Shown piece after piece: positions 36,601-48,600 of a DNA stretch of 64,000 bases; the first letter of the stretch is position 1, and the number at the start of each line of letters is the position of its first letter. The stretch covers positions 3,224,001-3,288,000 of the forward strand of contig JAWMAR010000079.1 in assembly GCA_036785375.1 (NCBI GenBank), read 5' to 3'. Position numbers and translations under genes: made by a program. This stretch comes from Leucoraja ocellata. Its lineage: Eukaryota. Below the pieces are notes generated by a model. The model saw only the letters and a program-made list of their open reading frames with translations, did not search any database and had not been told where the DNA came from.

Positions 36601-39600
36601 GCGATCAGGAGAGCAACAGATTCTGGGATCAAAAATAAGTAGCATTCTTTGGTTTTAAATTACTTTCCTCATGAATGTTCTGGCTGATTGCTCACAATTT
36701 ACTAATGGCTTTTGGCACACAATTTCAGCCATTTTTGAGTATTACTTGTGAAAAGCTGCCCAAGGGGCTATTCTTGACATCTGAACCCCAATAGCGAGTG
36801 CTCAAAGGCAGATCGTTCTCCATGATTTCTGGTCAAGCAGGGGTTAGTGAATGGTGATTATGAATGGGATCCATTAAGGGCCTGTCCCACTTACGCAACC
36901 TTTACAGACGACTGCCGGCACCCCTGATAGGTTGCTGGAATTTTCAACATGTTGAAAATTCAGCAGCGACCAGAAAGACGATACGACTCTTTGGAGACCT
37001 CTCACAACCATAGGAGACCTCTCATGACCATACAGGCTGTCGTAGCGTAGCTTAGCGTAGCGTCAAAGAGTCGTAACGTCTTTCTGGTCGTCGCTGAATT
37101 TTCAACATGTTGAAAATTTCGGTGCCCTATCACGGGTACCAGCAGTCGCCTGTAAAGGTGGCGTAAGTGGGACAGGCCCTTTACTTTGATTTGTTTTTAC
37201 TTTACCAGGCTAAGCAAATTTTAGTTGAATGTTATCCAAACCGGATGGGAAAGCACTGACATGACTCGCTGAATCTTGACTTTTTACATCGGTCAATGTC
37301 AACCCACTTGGTTTTGGAGAACCGTGGAACATTTTAAAAGTTAATCAGGGATACAATCCTTAAATCCTTACATTTTCACAAAGTTTTACAATATTTTGTT
37401 GAATATTATCTGAAGTTCATTCTCTAAAGTCATTTCCCTCTCATGGAACTCACTACCTCGTTCTATATTTTTATTCCTATTTATTTATGGAATATAGGGA
37501 TTGCAAACAAACCTAGTATTCATCCCCATCCCTCGTCGCATTCAAGTAGGTGGTTGTGAATTACCACCTTTCATTACTGGAGGTTCTGAAATGACAATCT
37601 CAGTCGACTATGTGGGCAGCAAAACCCCCTGTGAACTCGATGACCTGAATAAACACCAGTAAGTTTGCTTTAGGAATTCATGAACGAATACCACTAGCAG
37701 GAGTCTAACAGTACAAAACAAGCTGGTGCAATTCTTACTTGTGTAAGACATTTGGATGGATATACGGATAGAAAGGGTGTAAAGTATGGGCCAAATCTGG
37801 GGGAATGGGTTGAGCCCAGAATGCCAACTTGGTCGACATTGACCAAAGGTCCTCTTTCCATGCTGTATCACTAGCACTCTAAGCTTAAAGTACTCTTGAC
37901 AACATCAAGTAGTCTATATTCAGCAGTAATTTTTAATCCTCCCACATTATAATAAATGAGAGCTGATATAACCCGTAATTAGTCTGCCATTTGTCGCTAT
38001 AAATGTTGATTTTATTTTTCGGCACAAGCTTTCAGAAGACCTACATTTCTGGATGGAGTCCAGAAGTGAAAGGTCCTGTGTTGGTGCTTTTAGTTAACTG
38101 GAGGGCCAGTGCCAAAAGTGGCGTTGACCCAATAAATATGATCTGGGAGCACAGTGGATATTGACGCTGCCGCAACAGCTCAAATAGAAATCAAACCCAG
38201 CTAATGAAATATTTTTGCCCTTGGGCCAATTTGTTTAAAGAATGAACTGGCTGATCTCTGCCTGTGCCTCCCTCCCTTTCCCTGCCTTGTGGAGGGTAGG
38301 AATGATTTACAACTGTGATATATTTGACAGAAAATATTTTGTCATGGTCTTGGCAACTAGGTCTGGAATGCTGGGTGTGAAAGAATTGAGACAATGACTT
38401 TCATGTACATACCCAACCTGGTAGCTATGCTTTTATTTTCCCCTTCTGTCTCTTAGGGTGTGGTTGGCTTTGCACCGTGTTTGCTGTATTTTTTTTAAAG
38501 TCTGGTAAGGAAAAAGGAGAGAGTAGATATTGTTCCAAGAGCTATAATACGTAGAAATGATCTGTTAGAAGCAGAATTACCCGCCACTTAGATCACTCCA
38601 AGCCAGAAACTTCCTATTTCCTTTCAGCCCCATGGTGTTTATCCTGTGTAGGCCGATCATGCACAGTGCTTTTTTGGTGCCTTGATTTTTAACAGGAAGG
38701 GACAATTGAGGAAATGTGGGCTAGATTCAGACATTAAATAAATGTTTGTGTTCACACTTTCAGGCTGTAGTGAAACAAAACAGTAAGTCGGCTGCTTTGC
38801 CTGTCAAAGTGAGTAACCCCATTCACGGCTGCATAATGGATGTTTCAGATTGTATTAAGATAGTCTGTTTCCGTCACTGGTAGCCTCTGTGTTGCATAGT
38901 ACTAAACTATGCCAGATCAGAAAGTTACTTTGTTATGTGATCTCAGATAATATGGCAGTGGGGTTATTACAATTAGCCATTGCGCTGCAGACTGAGGAAG
39001 TAAAATACCATTTTAAACATGATTATATTTACTCTGCATTAGCTCCCATTGTAAAGTTTGTGTACATACACGCGGATTGACTGTGATTATCACAGAGGTT
39101 AAAAAGCAGTTCACTACTTACAGCTGCAGTTCACTACTGACTTGTATATGAGGAATGACTTCTGAGGGTGCGATGCCTATGGATATAAGGCGAGGGGGGT
39201 TGGGGGGCAGTATGACTTGTACAGTGTTTTGTATTAAAATAAAATCTAGTCATCTTAAGTAATTTGGAAAATATTCTTCCACATGCAGTCAAAGAGAAAT
39301 TAACAGCCGATCCCGACAGTGAAATTGCCACAACCAGTTTGCGGGTGTCTCTGTTGTGTCCTGTGAGTACAACCACATCTGAATTATTAATGATTACATT
39401 ACCTTCTCTTCCTCTTGCCGTCCTCTTGCCGTGTTTATTAACTGTTTGGGATCTAAACCACAAATTGAATTTTATTGATTAACAGCACCAAACGGATGTA
39501 ATTCATAGACTTAACAACTTGCTTGTGGTGCTGCATGGATCCTGATTATTGTGCTTTGCTCTGAAAAGTTCAGTTTAGAGATACAAGCACGGAAACAGGC

Positions 39601-42600
39601 CCTTCGGCTCTCCTAGTCTAAGCCGACCAACGATGCCCATGCACTAACACAATCCTACACACACTTGGGACAATTTACAATTATACCAAGCCAATTAACC
39701 TTCAAACCTGTACGTCTTTGGAGTGTGGGAGGAAACCGGAGCAAACCCACGCAGGTCATGGGGAGAACATACAAACTCTGTACAGACAACACCAGTAGTC
39801 AGGATCGATGGCGCTGTAAGGCAGTAACTCTGCTGCTGCGCCACCATCCCGCCCAGGTTGTTGAAGTTAGAATTAGAATTAGAATTTCCTCTATTGTCAT
39901 TTAGACCTGACGGTCTGAACGAAATTTCGTGCCTGCAGTCATACATACAATAATACAATAATAAACACAAATTAACATCCACCACAGTGTATCCTCCAAG
40001 CACCTCCTCACTGTGGTGGAGGCAAAAATCTTAGGGCTGCAGTCTCTTCCCTCCTCTTCTCCCTCTGCGCCGAGGCGATACCCCACCGGGCGATGGTACA
40101 AACAGTCCCGTGGCTCACCGAACCCCGCAAACGGGCCGGCTCAAACACCGCGGTGGGGGTGGTCGAAGCTGCCGCCCTCCAGTCCAGCGGACGCAGCCGC
40201 TGGCTCGCGGCTGAACCCCGGACTCAGGTCACCGCCGCCAGAACGCCGTCCCAGCCACAGGAGCACCGTTCCAGCCCCGAGCCGGATCGCCCTCACGTGA
40301 GTGCCGTTCCTCCCTCGAGCTGGGCCGCCCCGATGGGAGCGCCGTATCTCCCTCGAGCTGGGCCGCCCCGACAGAAGCGCCACAGCCCCTCACGAGAGAG
40401 TCTCAGCCCCGCGCCAGGCCACCCTCATGGGAGCGTCACAGCCCCTCACGGGAGCGCCGTTCCAGCCCCGAGCTGGACCGCCCTCACGGGAGCGAGCCCA
40501 GGGCAAGTCCTGACTGGCTCTGCCTCCGGAGTCTCGAGGTCGCCAGCTCCGCCATTAGGCCTCAGCACAGACGGAGGCAGAGAAGGGGGATACGACAAAA
40601 AAGTCGCATTCCCCCGAAGGGAGAGACAGCAAGCCCCCCCCCCCCCCACATAAACACACGCTAAAAAACAAAAACTTAACTAGACAAAAGGAAAAAAAAA
40701 CAACACAAAAAAGTAAAAACAAACGGACTGCAGGCGAGCCGCTGCTGCCAGGGCAGCGCCGCCACTTCCGTTAAAATAGAATTCGCTGTAGCAGCTAAAA
40801 CTGTGAATCCAATTTATCTATCTTCTAAGTGCAAAAGAAGCACAGAAAATGCAGATTCGGGTTAGGTGGTAATGTTTTTCTTCTATTAATGTTAACTGAA
40901 ACAGGTTTTCAATGTACCTATTATGCAAACGAGTTATAAAAATAGCTCATTTTTATTCAATCATCTAACACTTGGTGTCATTTAAATGATCTGACCCACT
41001 GAGTTATTGCAGCACTTTGTGTTTTGCCAGAGATTCCAGCATCTGTAGTACCTTGTGTCTCTCATTTATCTTGTTCTGGGTTCCCGTGACTTCCCCCAAA
41101 GAATGTTTTTTAATTTTATCATGTGTCCTCCCTTCCTGAAGTGGGTGGCTTATTCTATGCCAAACTGTATGATTGCAGGAAGCCCAAGAAGCCATCTTCA
41201 GGTGTTAGTGTGTTCACAGCTAATCCAGCACTTGCCTCTTATATTATTAATGTACACTCTCCAGCGGGTATCACTCTATTGTGGTTAGGAGTAGGAATTC
41301 GCAGCGAGAGAAATGAGAGTGCAGTTGGGAAAGGAAAATAAGTCAAAGGAGCAGATAGTTGTCAGAGGACTAATACGTGCTGAGGAATAGAGAAGGTGGG
41401 TCCACTGATTCCCGAGGAGAGCCTGCACATAGACAAGCTATCTGAGATACTTTCCTTTATTGGCTGAAATGTAGAAGACTAAAACACAACTACCATGCTT
41501 TAATCGGATAAAACTTCAGTTGGATAAACCTCTGGTCACCACATTGGAGAACATTTTCCAGAAAGGGCATAGGGATTGTGGATATTGTCAGAGCTAATGA
41601 AGTATATTTAATAGGCTGGCATTGTTTTATTAGGAATAAAGGGTGGTGGGGGTGGAGTGGATGGGGGGGGGGGGGGGGGTGGGGGGGGGTCCAGAGAAGC
41701 TGAGTGGCATAGGCAGACTGTAAAGACAGACTTGGTTTGGTGAGGGGAGGGGGGGGGGGGGCGCAGAGGGAGGATAAGAACAGGAGATGTATAAAGGTAC
41801 ATTCTAAATATTAATATTAATAACTATAAACTAAATATAATCAATGATTGGGGGAAGTTAGGAAGGATATTTTCACACAGAGCGGTTCTCTGCCATTTGC
41901 TGTCCAAAAGCCTGGTAAAGGCACAAAGCTTTGTCACACTTCAGAAGTACTTGGATAAGCACTGGATTGCCAATAGCCTGCAATGATACCAGCCGTTAAA
42001 CTTGCTCTGAACATATACCAAGCATGGACATCATGAGCCAAATGGCTTTCTCTTCCATAGATCTATAATAGGAATTGCATTTATTCTTAAGATTTTAAAA
42101 TTGACGATAGACACGTGTTTGGTATCTACATTGATTTACTTATTGAATGGTAATTGTTTGAGATACCTCCATATGTATGATGTACTTGGAAACTGTTTGG
42201 CTTTGTGTTTCTGAACATGGGTGCAAGTACAAATGTGGACAAGCAGCAGATGAGTTAATTCCAGAGAGATAAACTGATATATTAGAGTGTTTTCAGATTA
42301 TCGTATAACAATATTGATAATTAACAATTTAAAAACATCTTGCCTTCAGACAAACAGTGTACTGTCAGCTTTCCAGCATCCACAGGAATGAGGATTGCTA
42401 ACTGCGTGAATTTGCTGGTTGTATGAGATCTTCTCAGTTACTGTACGTCACACTAGTATTCTGTACATAAACATTTATTGAAATTGCCTAATGATATGAC
42501 ATCACCTTACCCTTTTCAGTAACAATCTTTTATACTATTTTATATTTTGAGACTAGATAATATTAATATAAAACAGAGCAAATATAAGTGAATAACTCCA

Positions 42601-45600
42601 TCCATTATCACATGATGCCTCGTCTTCAGGGGATGTTGCTGCTGATCCATCTACAACTGCACTGCCCATATGAATAAATGTAAATAAACTAAAAATACCT
42701 CTTATGATGCTAATTTTGCATCATTTGTGAAATAAGATTCTGATCTGAAATAGTGGATAGATGAGAGAAAGACGGTACAATTTATGAAAACTTGATCAAA
42801 CTGCCCATGTGTAAACATTTGCGGGGCCAAGGCCAAGCTACGGTGCTGGAGGCTGAACAAAGTTGCATCGCAGTGAACAAGGCAACATTCATAGTTAGGG
42901 CGGCACAGTGGCGCAGCAGTAAAGCTGCTGCCTTACAGTGCCAGAGGCCCGGGTTCAATCCGGACTACGGGTGCTGTCCGTACGGAGTTTGTACGTTCTC
43001 CTGTGACCGCATGGATTTCCTTCGGTTTCCTCCCACATTCCAAAGAAGTGCAGGTTTGTAGATCAATTGGCTTCTGTAAATTGTTCCTCGTGTGTATGGA
43101 TGATCGCTGGTTGGCAAGGACTCTGGGCCGAAGGGCCTGTTTCCCCGCTGTTTCTCTACACTAAACTAAACATTGAAAACAATTTTATGAAATCGCAAAG
43201 TCTTTACATTTTGGCTAGTTGCATTAGAATTCTGTACATATAAATAATGGACAAGTGGAAAATTACCTAATGTGACCTTAACATGTCATTTGTTGCAGTT
43301 TACAAAATAGACAATATTTAAGATGTCAAGCCAGAGTAACTCGGCAGGTCAGGCAACATCCCTGGAAAACTTGTATTGGGTCGAGACTCATCGACAGAAT
43401 AAGGGTTCGACCCAAAACGTCACCTATCCTTGTTCTGCAGAGATGCTGCCTGACTAACTGAGTTATTCCAGCACTTTGTCCTTTTTTGTAAACCAGCATC
43501 TGCAGTTCCTTGTTTCTACCAGGCAATATTAAAGTTGTTTTTTATTCATTCATTATTATAGCCTGCATAAAATGTTTATTTCACTAGGCTTCATGAAATT
43601 GAAAGCTAGCTTTTGTTAATACAAGTGTGACGAGTGATAGTACTGGTGATCTGGATTAGTTGGTCATGAATGCATACATTTATTTTTACAGCTGGGCAAA
43701 ATGCGATTGACGATCCCATGTCGTGCTATAACCTGCTCGCATCTACAGTGCTTTGATGCAACTCTTTACATTCAGATGAACGAGAAAAAACCTACGTGGG
43801 TTTGTCCAGTGTGTGATAAAAAGGGCCCTTACGAACATCTAATTATTGATGGGTGAGCAAATGATCCTACGCTCAAATAAAAATTCATGTTTTGCTTTGA
43901 GCAGTATTTATACTAAATACACCATTATGTGAATGTATTTACCATTTAAATTGCGTGCCTTTGTATGGAGAATGTTTAGAGACTATGACCTCATTAGAAG
44001 GTGGTACATTTAGCAACTGCTCTACATTTTCAATATTGTATATTGCACCTTGATTAAACAGACTCTTGGTATATTTTCCAACCTTGATCAAGAAAGGTCA
44101 AAATATTATTTACAAGAGAAAGCCTGTTTCCTTTGCAGGTTTGAGTGACAGCAAAAAAAAAAATTCATGTGGCGGTTAGCATTGAGGATGAATACTAACG
44201 CTGCTTACTAGCCTAGTGGTAAATGTACTGCATGAGTGAGGTGAAGAAATGAGAGCAGAATCTGTGATTGTTCTTCTGTTTCTAGTTGATCTTGACCAGT
44301 TGTGAAATGGCATACCTTCTGCTCCTATGTGAGGAAGAGAGAAGAATAATTTAGGATCCCCATGCCAATAAGTCCTCTTGGAAAACAGCTTTTCTGACAT
44401 TGAAATAGTCATATTTGGCTGCAATACAACCCACACTTCCTGTGTGTCTGCCACATAGTCTTGAACAATAACAAGAGTTGCATCTTCTTTCAGGGGAGAC
44501 AAATTAGATCTGATTGAAAAATTGTGCTGGTGGAGGAAATTCTTTAAATTTTGAGGTGGAATCTTAAGCCGTTCGTCAGATTGTCTGGGGTCTGTCTGTT
44601 TATCCATCCCAGGCCCATTTACTTTACATGCTCTGTTTTTGTATGAGCTCTATTTGGGTCTTCTGCACTTCCTTACCTTCAACACTATCTCGAGCTTTTT
44701 TATGTTATTATTCTGCTTCAAGCACAATTGACTCATATTTAAAATCCTGGTGCTATCTGGTGTTAGATAAATTATTGCTGCAAAATATTTTTCCATTGCC
44801 CTTTTTCTACGGCTGCAGTGGTGGATCTGATGTTTTGATTAAATCAATTTTCTAACGGTCCCACTATAGATGTTGTTTATTCAGAGGCATGCTTTGGATG
44901 TCATTCTTGGCTGCATGTTGACATGTGACTTTGGTGAAAGTTACAATTGGCATATGCTAGAAGCTCTTTGTGTTAGCGATCATCCTTTTAAATATAAAGT
45001 GTGGTCAGAATGAGCTTTGAAGAGGCAAGAAAATTGGGGCAAGGGTAAAGATTGTGTGAGGTACAGGCTGTAAAGATTCAAAAATAAAATCATTGGTCAG
45101 TATTTGATGGATTAGAAAGACCTGATGTTTGCTATACCTGATATTTTGGCAAAAACCTTGGTACTACAGGCTGAATCGTCCATAACTTGCTTTTGTCATT
45201 GGATGTTAGCACACGAAATAGAATGTTTTCTATCTTTACACTAATAAAGTTAGGATGCTGTAAAATTTTCACTGCCTGAAGGTGGGTTTGATAAAAGTCA
45301 CCGGTGTATTCCTGCAGCAAAATGCAGAGGTTCCCTAATGTCTATCGAGTATTGAATCCCAAGGTGAAATGATGAAGACTTGCTTTTTTTTTAATCGGAA
45401 ATGAGGGAGATTTTTTTACGCGATTGCGTTGGGCTTGGAAGTTTTAAAAAAAAAAGGAGTACTGGAGTAACCCAGTGGATCAGGCAGCATCTCTGGAGAA
45501 CATGGATAGGTGACATTTTGACTCGGGACCCTTCTTCAGACTGTTTGTGGTTGAGGAGAGAGTGAGGTAGAAACCTGGACGAGAGGAGGGTCAGGTCAAA

Positions 45601-48600
45601 GCAACTCTACCGCAGCGCCACCGTGCCGCTCTGTGCTGGGTGGGTATTGGCGAGGGGGCTTTTATATAGTCAGATGGTTGGGAAAAGGCCAGACATAAAA
45701 AGACGAAAGGTGTGAGAGGATAGAAGAGAGTGAATTGTCAAGCAGAGGAAGGAATGTAGATGTTGGGGGAAGGGAGGAATGGGTGCGTCCAGCTGTGGCA
45801 CAGCGAAGGGGGGTAGGGGGTTTGGCAACCTACCTAAAATCGGAGAATTCAAAATTCATTCCGCTGTGTTATAACCTACCCAAGCAAAATATAAGGCACT
45901 TATTCGTGGAAGTGTTGAAAATGGGTATATTTTGTAATTATGTGGGGGAAAAAAAGCTTATTGGGAAAGAGGCTTTGTGATGTTTGTTGCAAATGTATAT
46001 CTGAAACATTATATAACTAAAACTAAGCATTAAATTTCCAGACTGCTCATGTGGTCTACATTAACCAAATTAACTGCCTGCAGCCAAAGTATTTTACATT
46101 CTATGAGATCAGTAGAATCCCAGTGCAATGTTTTTCTGATTTGTGTATAATTTAGATGACTTCTGCATTTCAGCTTTCAAATCTATATTACACAGCATGA
46201 AGATCATTATGTGTAACACAATTAAATCAGAAAAAATAAGTTTTGCCATTAATTTGGTGGTTAGTATACAGTACTAATTCTATTCAGCGCACTGTTTTGT
46301 CATTTGTGCAAGTTTTTAAGTGTTGGCTGCTAGAGATTGCCTTGAGGTTTGCTTAACTTCTCAAGCTGGCTATCAATTGGGAGAGTGAGCCCCATTTAGC
46401 TTATTGCCACATTTGAGTTTTTTTGTCCAGCAGGTTGAAACCTTTTTTTGCTGTGTATTTTGCTCTTAAATTCAACCATTATCTAGGCTTTGAGCAGAAT
46501 TCATTTGCAGACAATGGACAGAGTAGCAAAAAGTGTAGGTTTTGGATTTGTATCACTTAAAGGCATCGGTGTCTGCTTATTCTATGGAGTAATCTGTTGC
46601 TGTTTATAATAGTTTTATAATGGTCTTCATCTATTGAACATAGCGGGAGTCCTAGGTGACTGGAAAATGCCTTACTGCTACATTACTGAGTGATGAAAGT
46701 GGAAAGTAAGATGTGCATGAGGGAGGGGGAGGGGATCAGGATGATGGGGGAGGGGGTGGGGTGTAACTTGATATTTTGAGAATTCTTGCCATTGTGTTGC
46801 AGCCTACCCAAGTGGAATATGATGCGTTGTTCTTCCAGTCTGTGCGTGGTCCAACTCTGGCAGTGTAGGAGGCCACGGTCAGACTGTTGGTATGGGAAAG
46901 TGACGAGGAATTAAAATAGCGAGCAACCAGGATCTACAGCTGTCCTTTTCAGACAGAGAGCAAGTGTTGCTGGTCAATAAAATTGAAAACACATCGGATA
47001 TAATCCAATTCAATGGACAACAAGGTCAAAAAATCTTTCTACCCTAATGCTTGAAATCTTGCGGTTTATAACTGGATTCAGAGATGCTTTCTAGGACCAT
47101 TCTATTTGCAAAGAGAAACTATTTTGGTTCTGTAGATGGAGATGCAGTTCAGATACACTTCCACGAGCTGTTGCACATTGCATCTTTAAGATGGAACCAT
47201 TTCAGAAACTTCACAAATTTGCAGGTGATACAAAACTTGGAAGCATTTGAGGTGGTTAGTATAAAGACTTCACTAATTAGGTGAAAATCGGGCTGATTCT
47301 AGAAAACGCAAAGAAAGTAAAAATAAAGATATGGCAGAGATATGGCCATTAGATGAATGATTAAATTTCAGCGTCAAAACAAGCATGGTTTGCATGAGTT
47401 ACTGCATCCTCACAGGAGATTAACCAGCTTCTGACTATTTTTTATCATCATTAGCAACTGATATTCTGCACCAAAGTTGAGGAAAGTCATAGAATCTCTT
47501 GCTTTACAAATTTTGCAAATGAAAAGATAAAATAGTTTTAATATAATTTGTGATTTAACAAACACAGAACATCTTGGACACCTTCAAACGCAATAGTACA
47601 AGACATTGGCCTCACTTGGAGTATTGTGTTCAGTTTTGAGTGATACTTTATTATCACATGTGACTCGTTTTGGCCGCCTGTTCTAAGAAAGAGTACAGGG
47701 ATGGTTTACAAGAGGTTGCCATGACTTGAGGGTCTATGCTATAAGGAGAGTTTGGGCAGGTTAGGTCTTTATTCCTTGGTGCACAGTTCGCTGAGGGGTG
47801 ATCTTATAGAGGTGTATAAAATCATGAGGGAAATCGACAGTGTGAATGCACAGTCATTTTCTCAGGCTCGGGGGAATTAAGGAATAGGGGGCATATGTAC
47901 AAGGTGAGACTGGAAAGGGTCAACACTAACCTGAGAGGCATCCTTTTCACACACAGGGTTGTGGGCATGTGGAACAAGCTGCCCAAGGAAGGATTTTGGA
48001 AAGAACTGCAGATGCTGATTTAAATCGAAGGTAGACTCAAAATGCTGGAGTAACTCAGTGGGACAGGCAGCATCTCTGGAGAGAAGGAATCAGTCTGAAG
48101 GAGGGTCTCGACCCGAAATGTCACCCATTCCTTCTCTCCAGAGATGCTGCCTGTCCCGAAGAGTTACTCCAGCATTTTGTGTCTGCCCAAGGAAGTAGTT
48201 GAGGCAGACACAATAACATTCAAAACATTTGGACAGGTTGGACAGGAAGTGTTTTGAGGGATATGACACATACATGTTCAAATGAGCTTAGATAGGGCAT
48301 CTTGGTCGGCATGAAGACTTTGTTACTGTATTCTGACTCTATGGCACTAAGACTCAATGATATTAAGACAGACGAGTCTTCCACTTTTTCTCCTGGTCTG
48401 TGAAAACCCATCATAATGTTTTAAAATGTTAAGTGAGCTTTGTAAACCGCAATATAACATATAATTCAATCAATATTGGTGGGCATCCTATTTTTTTTTG
48501 GTATTGCAAATGAGCCATCTGCTGACAATGTGGAATGCTTTGTTAAATCCACTGATGATATACAGCAGAGAGATTTGATCTCTACATGATGCAGAAGAAA

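Noticed and set aside
42898-42970. tRNA gene
   Set aside because: The A/B boxes are the head of an HE1-type SINE and continue into SINE body and tail.
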